A DNA stretch of 64,000 nt. It comes from a virus. The notes below the pieces were generated by a model. It saw only the letters and a list, made by a program, of their open reading frames with translations. It was not told where the DNA came from and searched no databases. Location: IMG/VR virus record IMGVR_UViG_3300042567_000108, positions 15,357 through 79,356 of that record. One strand, given 5' to 3'. Below are positions 26,996-36,581 of the stretch, one piece after another. Numbering within the stretch: position 1 is the stretch's first letter; each line of letters starts with the position of its first letter. The position numbers and the translations under genes are program-made.

Positions 26996-28873
26996 ATGAC
27001 AGTACGTAAGTATACCTCCCGTTCACAGCAAACAACACTGTCATCAGCAGTTACCTCTGGTGCTACTGTTATCCCAGTAACTAACGCTTCTACGTTACTT
27101 GCTGGTACAACTATCTCTGCTGGTCAAACCTTTGTGGTTGTTATTGACCCAGATACAGCCCTTGAAGAAATTGTAGAAATTACCTCTGCGTCTTCTAATA
27201 ACCTGACAGTAACTCGCGCTGTTGATATGTCTGGTGCATCAGCACAAGACCACTCATCAGGTGCTGTAGTACGTCACATGATTATTGGACGTGACCTTCG
27301 TGAATCAAACCTACACATTGAAGCAACTGGTGCTTACAATGATGGTACTGGCACTCACGCTATGCACGGACTTGGTTCATCAGATGGTGTGGTAGTTGGT
27401 ACTACTGCTACTCAGACACTTACTAACAAGACTCTTACATCACCAATTCTTACTGGTGCTGGTGTAGATGCAAGTATTGTATTTGAAGGTGCAACTGCAG
27501 ATGCTCATGAAACTACACTTACCGTAGCAGAGCCAACTCAAGACAACACAATTACATTGCCTAATACATCAGGTACTGTAGCAATTCTTGATGCTACTCA
27601 AACTTTAACTAATAAGACATTAACTACAGCAACTCTTGGTTCTGCTCTTAATGCTGGTGCTTTTAAGATTACAAATCTTGCAACACCAACAGATGCTAGT
27701 GATGCAGTACGTAAAGATTTTGCAGATGCTCAAGTTGCTGCTGCTGCTACATCTGCTGCATCAGCGGCGGCTTCTGCCACCGCTGCTGCTACCAGCGCTA
27801 CAAGCGCTGCTGCTTCTGCTACTACTGCTGCTGCTTCTGTAGCCAGTATACTCTCAGCCGCAACAAGTGCAAGTAACTCTGCTAGCGCGGCGGCAACTTC
27901 TGCTACCAGCGCTGCAGCCTCGGCTACGGCTGCTGCTACAAGTGCTACCAGTGCCGCTGCAAGCGCCACTACAGCCTCTAACTCGGCTTCTACGGCTACT
28001 ACACAGGCTGCTGCAGCCGTTGTCTCAGCAACCTCTGCAGCCGCTTCTGCTACCGCAGCAGCCACGTCTGCTACATCTGCTGCTGCATCAGTATCTGCCG
28101 TGGCTACATCTGCAGCCTCTGCTTTAACTAGTCAAACCGCTGCTGCTACTTCGGCTACTTCTGCTGCAGCGTCTCAGACGGCAGCAGCGACCTCAGCCTC
28201 AAGTGCTGCTACCTCAGCATCTAGTGCTGCAACTAGCGCATCATCTGCTGCTACAACTTATGACAACTTTGATGACCGTTACCTTGGTAGCAAGTCAACT
28301 GCTCCTACTGTAGACAATGATGGCAATACACTTCTTGTGGGTGCTATTTACTGGAACGATGTTCTTAATGCTATGTATGTATGGTCAGGTACTGTATGGG
28401 TACAGATTGCAACAACATCTGTTTACACAGCGCCTACTCTTGGTAGCACAACTATTGCATCAGGTACAACTTATGCAAATGTATCTGGATTAACTATTAA
28501 CTCAACTACTATACCAACATCTAAGACATTAGTAGTTACTACAGATAAATTAAATGTTCTTGCTGCAACAACTTCTGCAGAATTGGCTGGTGTTATTTCT
28601 GATGAGACTGGTTCTGGTGCATTAGTATTTGCTAATACGCCAACACTGGTTACTCCAGCATTAGGTGTAGCAACTGCTACTAGTATTAATGGAACAACAA
28701 TTCCATCATCTAAAACTTTAGTTGCTACAGATTCAACTCAATATGTAGTGCCAAGTCAAACTGGCAATTCAGGTAAATATTTAACTACTGACGGAACAAC
28801 TGCTTCTTGGGCAGTAGTTGACGTAACTTCAATTCAAGACAACTATATCCTCGTCCTTATGGGCGCAATCTAA
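26996..28873 (+). CDS. Tail fibre protein with Ala/Ser/Thr repeat shaft
   Basis: TQTLTNKTLT repeats, long AATSATSAAAS tract, FDDRYLG. Confidence 0.8.
   Translation: MTVRKYTSRSQQTTLSSAVTSGATVIPVTNASTLLAGTTISAGQTFVVVIDPDTALEEIVEITSASSNNLTVTRAVDMSGASAQDHSSGAVVRHMIIGRDLRESNLHIEATGAYNDGTGTHAMHGLGSSDGVVVGTTATQTLTNKTLTSPILTGAGVDASIVFEGATADAHETTLTVAEPTQDNTITLPNTSGTVAILDATQTLTNKTLTTATLGSALNAGAFKITNLATPTDASDAVRKDFADAQVAAAATSAASAAASATAAATSATSAAASATTAAASVASILSAATSASNSASAAATSATSAAASATAAATSATSAAASATTASNSASTATTQAAAAVVSATSAAASATAAATSATSAAASVSAVATSAASALTSQTAAATSATSAAASQTAAATSASSAATSASSAATSASSAATTYDNFDDRYLGSKSTAPTVDNDGNTLLVGAIYWNDVLNAMYVWSGTVWVQIATTSVYTAPTLGSTTIASGTTYANVSGLTINSTTIPTSKTLVVTTDKLNVLAATTSAELAGVISDETGSGALVFANTPTLVTPALGVATATSINGTTIPSSKTLVATDSTQYVVPSQTGNSGKYLTTDGTTASWAVVDVTSIQDNYILVLMGAI
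27735..28255 (+). repeat. Degenerate coding repeat (AATSATSAAASAT)n
   Basis: Low-complexity A/S/T tract within the tail fibre. Confidence 0.85.
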
Positions 28874-28890
28874 GAAAGGCGTAGTAACTA

Positions 28891-29193
28891 ATGGCTACCG
28901 TATCAAAGACCCTGGCTCGTACAGCAGCAGCAACATCAAACACTACTCTATACACAGTCCCATCCTTAACTACAACTGTAGTAACTGACATTGTTGTGAC
29001 TAATACTGCATCATCTACTTCTAATTTTACTTTAAGTTTTAATGATATTGTTTTTGCACAGAATGTAACTGTTGGAGCCTATGACTCAACGGTTGTTCAG
29101 GTAAAGCAACCTCTTGCCGCTGCGCAAACAATTAAAGGTTTAGCGTCTGCAACAACAGTTAACTTCCACATTGGCGGAGTGGAGATTGCATAG
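28891..29193 (+). CDS. Small beta-rich tail-fibre-associated protein
   Basis: TTLYTVP..IVVTN..NFHIGGVEI. Confidence 0.65.
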   Translation: MATVSKTLARTAAATSNTTLYTVPSLTTTVVTDIVVTNTASSTSNFTLSFNDIVFAQNVTVGAYDSTVVQVKQPLAAAQTIKGLASATTVNFHIGGVEIA

Positions 29194-29810
29194 TGTCAGT
29201 CTACAAACTTTCTAATGCAGGTGGATTGAAAGCAAAAACTGTATACACTTCTTTCCTTGCAGGAAACTCTACGTATGTTCCCCCATTTGTACCTAGTGGT
29301 GCTTATGATTCTATTGCTACAACAACAGTTGGAACAGGTGGTGCGTCTACTATTACTTTTAGTTCTATCCCTCAAACTTACAAACACTTACAGTTGCGTA
29401 TTCTTGTTCAAGGAACATCATCTTTTGATTCTCCATTTTTACCAGTTCAACTTAACGGAGTTACCGCTGCATCTTATGCTTTCCATAGGTTCTGGGGTGA
29501 TGGCTCAACTGCTACTTATCAAACATCAGCCAATCAAAATTACATTGTTCTTCCAAGATTTGTTGATACTGGAAATGCAGGTTACGCAAACAAGTTTGGA
29601 GCAATGATTGTAGATATTGCGGATTATTCAAGCACAACTAAAACTAAAACAATTCTTGCAACAGGTGGATTTGACTCAAATGGTGCTGGTCAAATTGGTT
29701 TTAATTCTGGGTTGTTTAACAACACTTCAGCAATTACATCTATAACTTTTGACACTTCTGGTGTAGCGCAATATTCACAATTTGCTTTATACGGAATTAA
29801 GGGAGATTAA
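29193..29810 (+). CDS. Fibre/receptor-binding module paralog 1
   Basis: ATTTVGTGGASTITFSSIPQTYKHL..TSAITSI..FALYGI. Confidence 0.65.
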   Translation: MSVYKLSNAGGLKAKTVYTSFLAGNSTYVPPFVPSGAYDSIATTTVGTGGASTITFSSIPQTYKHLQLRILVQGTSSFDSPFLPVQLNGVTAASYAFHRFWGDGSTATYQTSANQNYIVLPRFVDTGNAGYANKFGAMIVDIADYSSTTKTKTILATGGFDSNGAGQIGFNSGLFNNTSAITSITFDTSGVAQYSQFALYGIKGD

Positions 29811-29812
29811 TT

Positions 29813-30304
29813 ATGCCAGCAGGAAATACATATGTTGCAATAGCAACACAGACTCTTGGGTCTGCAGCAGCCTCAGTTACCTTTAGTTCTATTCCAAGTA
29901 CCTATACTGATTTGGTATTAGTGGTTTCAGCACAAAACACGTCTTCATTAAACAATGGTCAAATTACTTTTAATGGCGACACAAGTACAAATTATTCAGG
30001 AACTTATCTGCAAGGAAATAGTTCTAACCCATCAAGCGGTAGAGTTACAAATACTAGTAATGCTTATACAATGGAATTTACATCTACTGGTTTATCACCT
30101 TTAATTACAAATATAATGAATTATTCAAATACTACTACTTTTAAAACTTTACTACAAAGAGGTGGTTCTGCTAGTGATAGAACTGCTGCTTGGGTAAACC
30201 TTTGGCGGTCAACATCTGCTATTACAAGTTTATCTATAGCAACTTTTGGTGGCAATTTTGCGACTAATTCAACCTTCTCTCTATACGGAATTGCGAGTGC
30301 TTAA
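29813..30304 (+). CDS. Fibre/receptor-binding module paralog 2
   Basis: ATQTLGSAAASVTFSSIPSTYTDL..TSAITSL..FSLYGI. Confidence 0.65.
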   Translation: MPAGNTYVAIATQTLGSAAASVTFSSIPSTYTDLVLVVSAQNTSSLNNGQITFNGDTSTNYSGTYLQGNSSNPSSGRVTNTSNAYTMEFTSTGLSPLITNIMNYSNTTTFKTLLQRGGSASDRTAAWVNLWRSTSAITSLSIATFGGNFATNSTFSLYGIASA

Positions 30305-30306
30305 CT

Positions 30307-31581
30307 ATGTCTGATAATTATATTCTTTTAGAAAAGATTACTGTTGGCGCAGCGGGCGCATCTTCTGTGGTATTTTCTAACATTCCTCAAACTGGGTATA
30401 CAGACTTAGTTATTAAAGGTTCTGTTAGAACAACACAAGCAGCAACTTACGGTGTACTTGGAATACGACCTAATGGTAGTACTTCTAATTTAACTGGTAT
30501 AAGAATGTACGCTGGTGATGGTAATGTTTATTCCGATAATACAGTTACACTTGCTCTCATAAGTGGTGACTCTACTGGAGCAAATATATTTGGACCTTTC
30601 GAAACATATATTGCAAATTATGCAGGTTCAAGTTTTAAAACAATTACAACATACGGCACAGGCGAAAGGAACCAAACAAACGATACGTATATGAGCGCAT
30701 CTACTATTTTATGGTCAGATACTGCAGCAATTACTTCAATAGAATTAACACCTGGTGCTGTAGGATTTATTGAACGTTCAACTTTTTACCTTTATGGCGT
30801 TGCAAAACTAGGTTCCACTCCTGCTATTGCACCTAAAGCAACAGGTGGAAGTATAATCGAAACTGACGGTACTTACTGGTACCACGCATTCCTCTCATCG
30901 GGAACATTTACTCCTGTTGAGGCTTTATCTTGTGATGTACTTGTAGTAGCAGGTGGCGGTGGAGGTGGTTATTACAACGGTGGCGGCGGTGGTGCTGGAG
31001 GATTACAAGCATTTACTAGTCAATCTATATCAAGCAGTAAAACAATTACTATTGGTGCAGGTGCGCCCGCACCTGCTGGTTACGTTGATTCATTAAATGG
31101 CAACGATTCAACATTTCAAGGTTTAACCGCCTCTGTTGGCGGCGGCGCGGGTTCAAGTTATTACACAAAGCCTTCACAAGTTGGCGGTTCAGGCGGTGGT
31201 GGTGGAATGGATTACAACACCACTGGTTCAGCAGGAACAGCAGGTCAAGGTAATGCAGGTGCAAACGGAAACGGAACAACAGTTGCTGGCGGCGGTGGTG
31301 GAGCGGGTGGTGTTGGTCAATCGGGCGCAGCAGGTGGAGCAGGCGGTGTTGGTTCATCAACTTACTCTTCTTGGGGGTCAGTAACAGGCACAGGTCAAAA
31401 TGTCTCAGGAACTTATTACTATGCAGGTGGTGGTGGTTGGTTAACAGGTGGCTCAGGTGGTGGTGGTGCAAATGCTTCTAACGGAGTGGCTAACACTGGT
31501 GGCGGTGGCGGTTGCGGTAAAGGCGTCACAAACGGCACAGGCGGAGGTTCAGGTATTGTGATTGTGAGGTATACAGTATGA
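30307..31581 (+). CDS. Fibre module paralog 3 fused to a glycine-rich domain
   Basis: VVFSNIPQTGYTDL..; LVVAGGGGGG..GGSGIVIVRY glycine-rich domain. Confidence 0.7.
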   Translation: MSDNYILLEKITVGAAGASSVVFSNIPQTGYTDLVIKGSVRTTQAATYGVLGIRPNGSTSNLTGIRMYAGDGNVYSDNTVTLALISGDSTGANIFGPFETYIANYAGSSFKTITTYGTGERNQTNDTYMSASTILWSDTAAITSIELTPGAVGFIERSTFYLYGVAKLGSTPAIAPKATGGSIIETDGTYWYHAFLSSGTFTPVEALSCDVLVVAGGGGGGYYNGGGGGAGGLQAFTSQSISSSKTITIGAGAPAPAGYVDSLNGNDSTFQGLTASVGGGAGSSYYTKPSQVGGSGGGGGMDYNTTGSAGTAGQGNAGANGNGTTVAGGGGGAGGVGQSGAAGGAGGVGSSTYSSWGSVTGTGQNVSGTYYYAGGGGWLTGGSGGGGANASNGVANTGGGGGCGKGVTNGTGGGSGIVIVRYTV

Positions 31582-31865
31582 GTCATTGGGCAGAAGTAGA
31601 TAACAACAACGTAGTACTACGTGTTCTAGTAGGACCTAACTATGGAGATGAAGGCGAAGCCTTCTTTAACGCACTTGGCGGTACTTGGGTTAAAACAAGT
31701 TACAACAACAATATCCGTAAAAACTTTGCAGGTATTGGCTACGCATATGACCCAACACTAGATGGATTTATTCCACCTAAGTGCCACGATGAAGCAGTAC
31801 TAGATGAGGCAACTTGTCTTTGGATTTGCAATAACGAACAACATACTATCAAGGAGATAATCTAA
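31578..31865 (+). CDS. Fibre-associated small protein
   Basis: MSHWAEVD..WVKTSYN..RKNFAGIG..YD..D.FIPP family that typically follows glycine-rich fibres. Confidence 0.7.
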   Translation: MSHWAEVDNNNVVLRVLVGPNYGDEGEAFFNALGGTWVKTSYNNNIRKNFAGIGYAYDPTLDGFIPPKCHDEAVLDEATCLWICNNEQHTIKEII

Positions 31866-32098
31866 TGTCAGAGACACTAACAAAAATAATCGTAGACTGC
31901 TCAACTGGTGTAGTGGCAGAAGTGCCATTGACTGGTGAAGAAATTGCACAGCGTGAGGCTGATGTTATTGCAGCAGCAGAACAGAAGGCACTACAAGATG
32001 CAGCAGTTGCCGCAGAAGAAGCAGCCAAAGAATCTGCTAAGGCTAAACTAGCAACACTTGGTCTAACACCAGAAGAAATCGCAGCACTATCTAAGTAA
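31865..32098 (+). CDS. Fibre-associated coiled-coil protein
   Basis: VDCSTG..LT.EEIA..AKL..LGLT.EEI. Confidence 0.7.
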   Translation: MSETLTKIIVDCSTGVVAEVPLTGEEIAQREADVIAAAEQKALQDAAVAAEEAAKESAKAKLATLGLTPEEIAALSK

Positions 32099-32114
32099 CG
32101 GAAGCGGGGACGCA

Positions 32115-32837
32115 ATGATTCAACCAAAAGAAACAGTAGCCATTGGCTGGTGCGATGGTGGTATGGTAGATGGTAAATTTACTGAGGGACTGATGTCTGC
32201 AGTAATTACTGGCGGGGCTAACAAGATGCCAATTAGTACATCCATCAGAGTGCAAGGTAATCAAATTGGCAGACAACGCCAAGTTTTATTTGATTACTGG
32301 GCTGACAATATGAAGACTGACTGGCTACTATGGGTAGATTCAGACATTGTTCTAACACCAGAAGTAATGCAGAAATTATGGGCAACTGCTGACAAGCATC
32401 ACCGTCCTGTAGTAAGTGGCGTGTACTTCATCTCTAAGGAGAATGAAGGCACATTGATGAAGCCATATCCAGTACTCTTTAATGATGTATCTGAGTATGA
32501 GATTCAGTATGTACACCCACTACCACAGAACGAAGTTATCAAGTGTGACTCAGCAGGATTTGGGCTAGTGCTTATGCACAGGTCTATCGTGTCCACTATG
32601 CGAGACAAGCATCCTAACCAGTCCCTATTTATGGAGACTGCAGGCGGAACCGATGACCAGTTTATCGGTGAAGATATCATCTTCTTCCGCAAGATGAAGG
32701 CTGCTGGTATCCCACTACATGCACACACTGGTGCTCTAGTAAAGCATATGAAGCGCTTTGCGCTTGACTATGATTACTATGGTATGTACTGGACAATGGA
32801 TAGTATTCAAAAGAAAATGAAAGAACAACCAAACTAA
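32115..32837 (+). CDS. GT-A fold (family 2-like) glycosyltransferase
   Basis: WLLWVDSDI (DxD), GFGLVLMHR, GEDIIF, VKHMK. Confidence 0.8.
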   Translation: MIQPKETVAIGWCDGGMVDGKFTEGLMSAVITGGANKMPISTSIRVQGNQIGRQRQVLFDYWADNMKTDWLLWVDSDIVLTPEVMQKLWATADKHHRPVVSGVYFISKENEGTLMKPYPVLFNDVSEYEIQYVHPLPQNEVIKCDSAGFGLVLMHRSIVSTMRDKHPNQSLFMETAGGTDDQFIGEDIIFFRKMKAAGIPLHAHTGALVKHMKRFALDYDYYGMYWTMDSIQKKMKEQPN

Positions 32838-32846
32838 GGAGTCTAC

Positions 32847-35063
32847 GTGGCTGGTCGTGATATTACCGAAGGTCGTGCAACGCGGGCAATTGCTGTTGAT
32901 GTTGGTGTAGTTTCTACTACATCCATCTGGCAGAACACTGATGTAGCATACGATACTGCTATTGGCGGTATGCCGTTTATTTATGCTATCAGCGATGCAC
33001 GTCCTTATATCCGACAGACTGCACCGTTCCGTAAGGAACAGTTCGACAATCAGACTGAACCAGGCGAGCAATCACTTACTGGTTGGTGGATTCGTAGTCA
33101 GCAGTCTTTCCACGGTGGAGACGGTATAACCTTTTACGACCCAGCCCAGACTGCATCTAACTCACCTGACCACTATCGCTTTGCCGATAGCAAGGGTGTA
33201 GATGTATGGACACAGGGTAAAGTAACGCTACTTAATAATGTTAATGTAGGACACATTACAACTGGAGCAATCAAATCTAATGGTCGCCCAAATCAATACC
33301 TACGTTCGATTAGATGGAATGATACTCCAGGCGTTTTATTGGCAGATGAATATGATGTTGATAAGATTGATACCGATGGCAATGAGACACACTTCATTAA
33401 CTACAATGCTGGCACAGATTCAGCGGTATATGCTATCTGCGACGATGGAACATTTGCCTACTGGATTACTAACACATCAACCAAAAAGACTGTATACAAG
33501 AAGCCACTGACTGGCACTTCTGCATCTACAGCAGATGTTACACTGATGTTTGATGAGATTGGCACAATCAACAACGCTGCTATGGAGTATGTAAAAGAGC
33601 GTATTGTTATGTGCGCCGATAACAAGGTGTATGAGTTTGCTGCATCTGCAGTAGCGATGCCAAGCCCTGTATACACACACCCATCAACAACCCATGTGTA
33701 CACATCTGTTGCTGCTTCTGGTCCTGCCATTTACGTATCTGGCTACAATGGAATCCAGTCTAGCATCATCAAGTTTACCCTATCAACTGCTGGCGTTATG
33801 CCAACATTGACATCTGCAATTACTGCAGCAGAGTTCCCAGTAGGTGAAATCGTACATAAGATTCACTACTACTTAGGTTATATGATTATTGGAACTAACA
33901 AGGGAATCCGCGTTGCAGTAGTTTCAGACCAAGACGGTTCACTTACTTATGGACCTCTTATCGTAGAGACAAGCCAGCCTTGCTATGATTTTGCTAGCCG
34001 TGACCATTATGTATGGTGTGCAACTGGCGTAGATGGCGAACCTGGAGTTATCCGTATTGACCTAAGTCTACAGTTGGAAGCATTGCGCTTTGCTTATGCA
34101 AACGATATCTATTATGGTGGAGTTACAGGCCGTGTCACTACTGCTTGCGCATTTGCTAACGGCACTGACCAATTAGTATTTGCATCCACTGGTTTAACTG
34201 TTGGTGGCACAATTACCAATAAGGTTATGACATCAGGTGTTGCAACACTAACAACCGCTACAGCCCATGGGTTGACTACTGGAGATGCTGTATGGGTAGA
34301 GGGAGTTGATTCTAACTTTAACTCTTCTACTGGTCCTTGGACTGTGACGAGTGCAACAACAACAACCTTTACATACACTAGCGCGGTGACTTCAACCGTG
34401 GCATCGACTGCAGTATCATCAGCGACAGCAGTAGCCAATACTCCTGGCTCTACATACATTCAAGATGACACAGAACTGCTACCAACTGGATACATACAGA
34501 CTGGCTACATTCGCTACAACACGCTAGAGCCAAAGAACTTCAAGCGTCTTATTGCACGCGGTGACTATACCTATGGCTCAATGACACTGGAAACAGTTAC
34601 AGCAGATGGCACTGAGTACGATGTCGTATCTTACGATGCGTCAGTCCCGCCAGTAGAAGTAACTACATCTAATCCACAAGAAGCACAGGAATATCTGGCT
34701 TATAAGTTCCTCTTATTCCGTGATGGTGTTGACAACACTAAGGGACCAATCATGGAAGGCTATCAGGCTAAGTCGACTATCGCTACGCCTCGCCAACGTG
34801 TAATGAGATTCCCCGTCTATTGCTATGACGTGGAGACAGACCGATACAACGTACAGGTTGGGTATGAAGGCAGAGCCTTCGATAGAATTGCCCAGCTAGA
34901 ATCCATTGAAGAAAATGGTGACGTTGTAACTTGGCAAGACTTAACCACAGGTGAGTCACGTCAGGCTGTCATTGAACAAATCTCTTTCACCCGCCTCACA
35001 CCTCCAGACCGTGGCTTCACAGGCTATGGTGGTGTCATTGATATCACGATTAGGACAGTCTAA
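32847..35063 (+). CDS. Tail nozzle / tubular protein B-like beta-propeller protein
   Basis: 738 aa, beta-rich, last structural gene; Thr-rich insertion TAHGLTTGDAV. Confidence 0.6.
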   Translation: MAGRDITEGRATRAIAVDVGVVSTTSIWQNTDVAYDTAIGGMPFIYAISDARPYIRQTAPFRKEQFDNQTEPGEQSLTGWWIRSQQSFHGGDGITFYDPAQTASNSPDHYRFADSKGVDVWTQGKVTLLNNVNVGHITTGAIKSNGRPNQYLRSIRWNDTPGVLLADEYDVDKIDTDGNETHFINYNAGTDSAVYAICDDGTFAYWITNTSTKKTVYKKPLTGTSASTADVTLMFDEIGTINNAAMEYVKERIVMCADNKVYEFAASAVAMPSPVYTHPSTTHVYTSVAASGPAIYVSGYNGIQSSIIKFTLSTAGVMPTLTSAITAAEFPVGEIVHKIHYYLGYMIIGTNKGIRVAVVSDQDGSLTYGPLIVETSQPCYDFASRDHYVWCATGVDGEPGVIRIDLSLQLEALRFAYANDIYYGGVTGRVTTACAFANGTDQLVFASTGLTVGGTITNKVMTSGVATLTTATAHGLTTGDAVWVEGVDSNFNSSTGPWTVTSATTTTFTYTSAVTSTVASTAVSSATAVANTPGSTYIQDDTELLPTGYIQTGYIRYNTLEPKNFKRLIARGDYTYGSMTLETVTADGTEYDVVSYDASVPPVEVTTSNPQEAQEYLAYKFLLFRDGVDNTKGPIMEGYQAKSTIATPRQRVMRFPVYCYDVETDRYNVQVGYEGRAFDRIAQLESIEENGDVVTWQDLTTGESRQAVIEQISFTRLTPPDRGFTGYGGVIDITIRTV

Positions 35064-35269
35064 TGCAACCACAAGACTACGCAACGGTAGCCGTTGCAGT
35101 ACTTACAATTATAGGTGGATTCCTTGGAGCCGTTAAGTGGCTAGTCAAGCACTACCTCAACGAACTTAAGCCCAATGGTGGTTCAAGTGTTAAAGATTCC
35201 GTCATTAGACTGGAAGAAAAAGTAGAAATTCTATACCAAATGATGTTACAGCGAGGGAAGAATGAATGA
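35063..35269 (+). CDS. Single-TM membrane protein (lysis-associated)
   Basis: TM helix followed by ELKPNGGSS.KD...RLE. Confidence 0.6.
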   Translation: MQPQDYATVAVAVLTIIGGFLGAVKWLVKHYLNELKPNGGSSVKDSVIRLEEKVEILYQMMLQRGKNE

Positions 35270-35775
35270 AAATTGTTGTCAAGAAAGCCACACCTGCCGC
35301 TACTGCTGTCCTTCGACAAGCCACAGCGATAGCGCCCTCTCGTTTGAAAGTATCCGATGGACTTCTGCCGTCGAAAGCACATCAGGCACAGAATCCAACC
35401 AGCGACCATAACACAGGTCTTGCTGTAGATTTAACCCATGACCCTAAGCACGGCATCGACTGCGTCGATATCTTCCAGAAGTTAAAGGAAGACAAGCGAG
35501 TCAAGTACCTGATTTTCAAGGGAAAGATTTGGTCAAAGGAACGTGCAGCTGAAGGCGACCGTGAATACACAGGTAGCAACAAGCACAACAAGCACCTACA
35601 TATTTCAATCAATGACGGGGCGGGCAATGATACTTCACCTTGGTTCTGGTGGCTTAATCAGCCTAAGGTAATCAATCAGGTGAAGGCGGTACTCACACCA
35701 TCGCCAAGCAAGAAAACGTATAAGACTGAAGTTTGCACTTGTTGCAAAGTCCATGCGTCAAATCCTACGTCCTAA
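35266..35775 (+). CDS. Endolysin, Zn-peptidase (M15-like)
   Basis: SDHNTGLAVD and HNKHLHIS motifs; flanked by membrane genes. Confidence 0.7.
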   Translation: MKIVVKKATPAATAVLRQATAIAPSRLKVSDGLLPSKAHQAQNPTSDHNTGLAVDLTHDPKHGIDCVDIFQKLKEDKRVKYLIFKGKIWSKERAAEGDREYTGSNKHNKHLHISINDGAGNDTSPWFWWLNQPKVINQVKAVLTPSPSKKTYKTEVCTCCKVHASNPTS

Positions 35776-35784
35776 GGAGGACTT

Positions 35785-35976
35785 ATGAATACAGAGAAAC
35801 TAGTTGCTATCGCAGGCACATACCTACGTGCAGCTTTCGCATCTGTGCTAGCAATGTACATCGCAGGAATCACAGACCCTAAGGCATTAGGTTCAGCATT
35901 CCTCGCATCACTTGCTGCACCTATCCTAAAGGCTCTAGACTCTAAAGAGACTGCCTACGGCAAAGGCTCAGAGTAA
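35785..35976 (+). CDS. Holin-like protein
   Basis: Two hydrophobic helices; AAGGAGG RBS; follows the lysin. Confidence 0.65.
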   Translation: MNTEKLVAIAGTYLRAAFASVLAMYIAGITDPKALGSAFLASLAAPILKALDSKETAYGKGSE

Positions 35977-36008
35977 CCATTTAAGGGCCCTAGCAGGTCC
36001 ATAGCAAC

Positions 36009-36056
36009 AAGAAACCCCCCTTCCTAAGGTAATCACCCTAGGTTGGGGGGTCTTTT
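36009..36056. terminator. Probably bidirectional intrinsic terminator
   Basis: AAGAAA-CCCCCC..CCTA.GGT-AATC-ACC.TAGG..GGGGGG-TCTTTT between convergent genes. Confidence 0.8.
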
Positions 36057-36070
36057 GTCGTTTCTAAATG

Positions 36071-36229
36071 TTACTTGATGTCATCATCGTCGGCTTCGAA
36101 GTCCTCAACTAGGTCTTGGAATGCCTTCATATCTTTCTTGAATCGGTACTGTCTGTATCTTTCAATCAGTTCTAAGTAGACATCGCGTACAGCGATGGCT
36201 AGTAATACTCCAAAGAAAACTTCTAACAT
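36071..36229 (-). CDS. Small membrane protein (52 aa, not in ORF track)
   Basis: MLEVFFGVLLAIAVRDVY...; GGAGATACTATG start context identical to the gene starting at 43945. Confidence 0.6.
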   Translation of the reverse strand: MLEVFFGVLLAIAVRDVYLELIERYRQYRFKKDMKAFQDLVEDFEADDDDIK

Positions 36230-36239
36230 AGTATCTCCT

Positions 36240-36315
36240 ATAGTATATATATTATATATATAATAACCCCCTTCGGGGGTTTATATTATTATATATTATA
36301 TTTAATTATACACAT
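36240..36315. other. AT-rich imperfect palindrome around a CCCCC-TTC-GGGGG core; candidate replication origin
   Basis: Almost pure A/T flanks, directly upstream of the replication genes. Confidence 0.45.
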
Positions 36316-36339
36316 AGAATCTGACCATGTAAGTAAGCG

Positions 36340-36390
36340 ACTCGGATATGCCTAGTGGCACCGATGTCCGAGTGTGTTATAGTTATCTCA
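36340..36390 (+). promoter_or_regulatory. Extended -10 promoter (TGnTATAGT) giving a leaderless mRNA, preceded by an inverted repeat
   Basis: TATAGT at 36378-36383, ATG at 36390; ACTCGGATAT..ATGTCCGAGT arms at 36340-36373. Confidence 0.55.
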
Positions 36391-36581
36391 TGATACAACT
36401 TGGAGATTACGAATTACCTGAACACGTGAGTTACTCAGCGTTCAGTACCTATGTCGATTGCGGTTACCAGTACTACCTTGGTCGACTCATGCAGGTTCCT
36501 GAGGAACCATCAGTCTGGTCAGTAGGTGGCTCTGCCTTCCATACAGCGACAGAAATGTGGGACTTAGAAAATGCAGAATGA
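36390..36581 (+). CDS. Cas4/AddB-like nuclease, N-terminal part
   Basis: HVSYSAFSTYVDCGYQYYL..GSAFH. Confidence 0.7.
   Translation: MIQLGDYELPEHVSYSAFSTYVDCGYQYYLGRLMQVPEEPSVWSVGGSAFHTATEMWDLENAE

Larger units (their letters stand above)
1..34893. mobile_element. Phage genome A (partial; right boundary approximate, ~32-34.9 kb)
   Basis: Complete terminase-portal-scaffold-capsid-tail order plus a divergent early arm; no AGCT seen in this span. Confidence 0.75.

Noticed and set aside
27636-28127. Alternative-frame and antisense ORFs over the tail fibre
   Set aside because: Shadows of the low-complexity Ala/Ser/Thr repeat.
29193-31581. Diversity-generating retroelement acting on the fibre paralogs
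   Set aside because: No reverse transcriptase and no near-identical TR/VR pair differing at adenines.
36009-36240. A/B junction at the terminator after the holin
   Set aside because: AGCT already appears at 34894-35835, and the convergent small gene fits the terminator natively, so the join is probably upstream.
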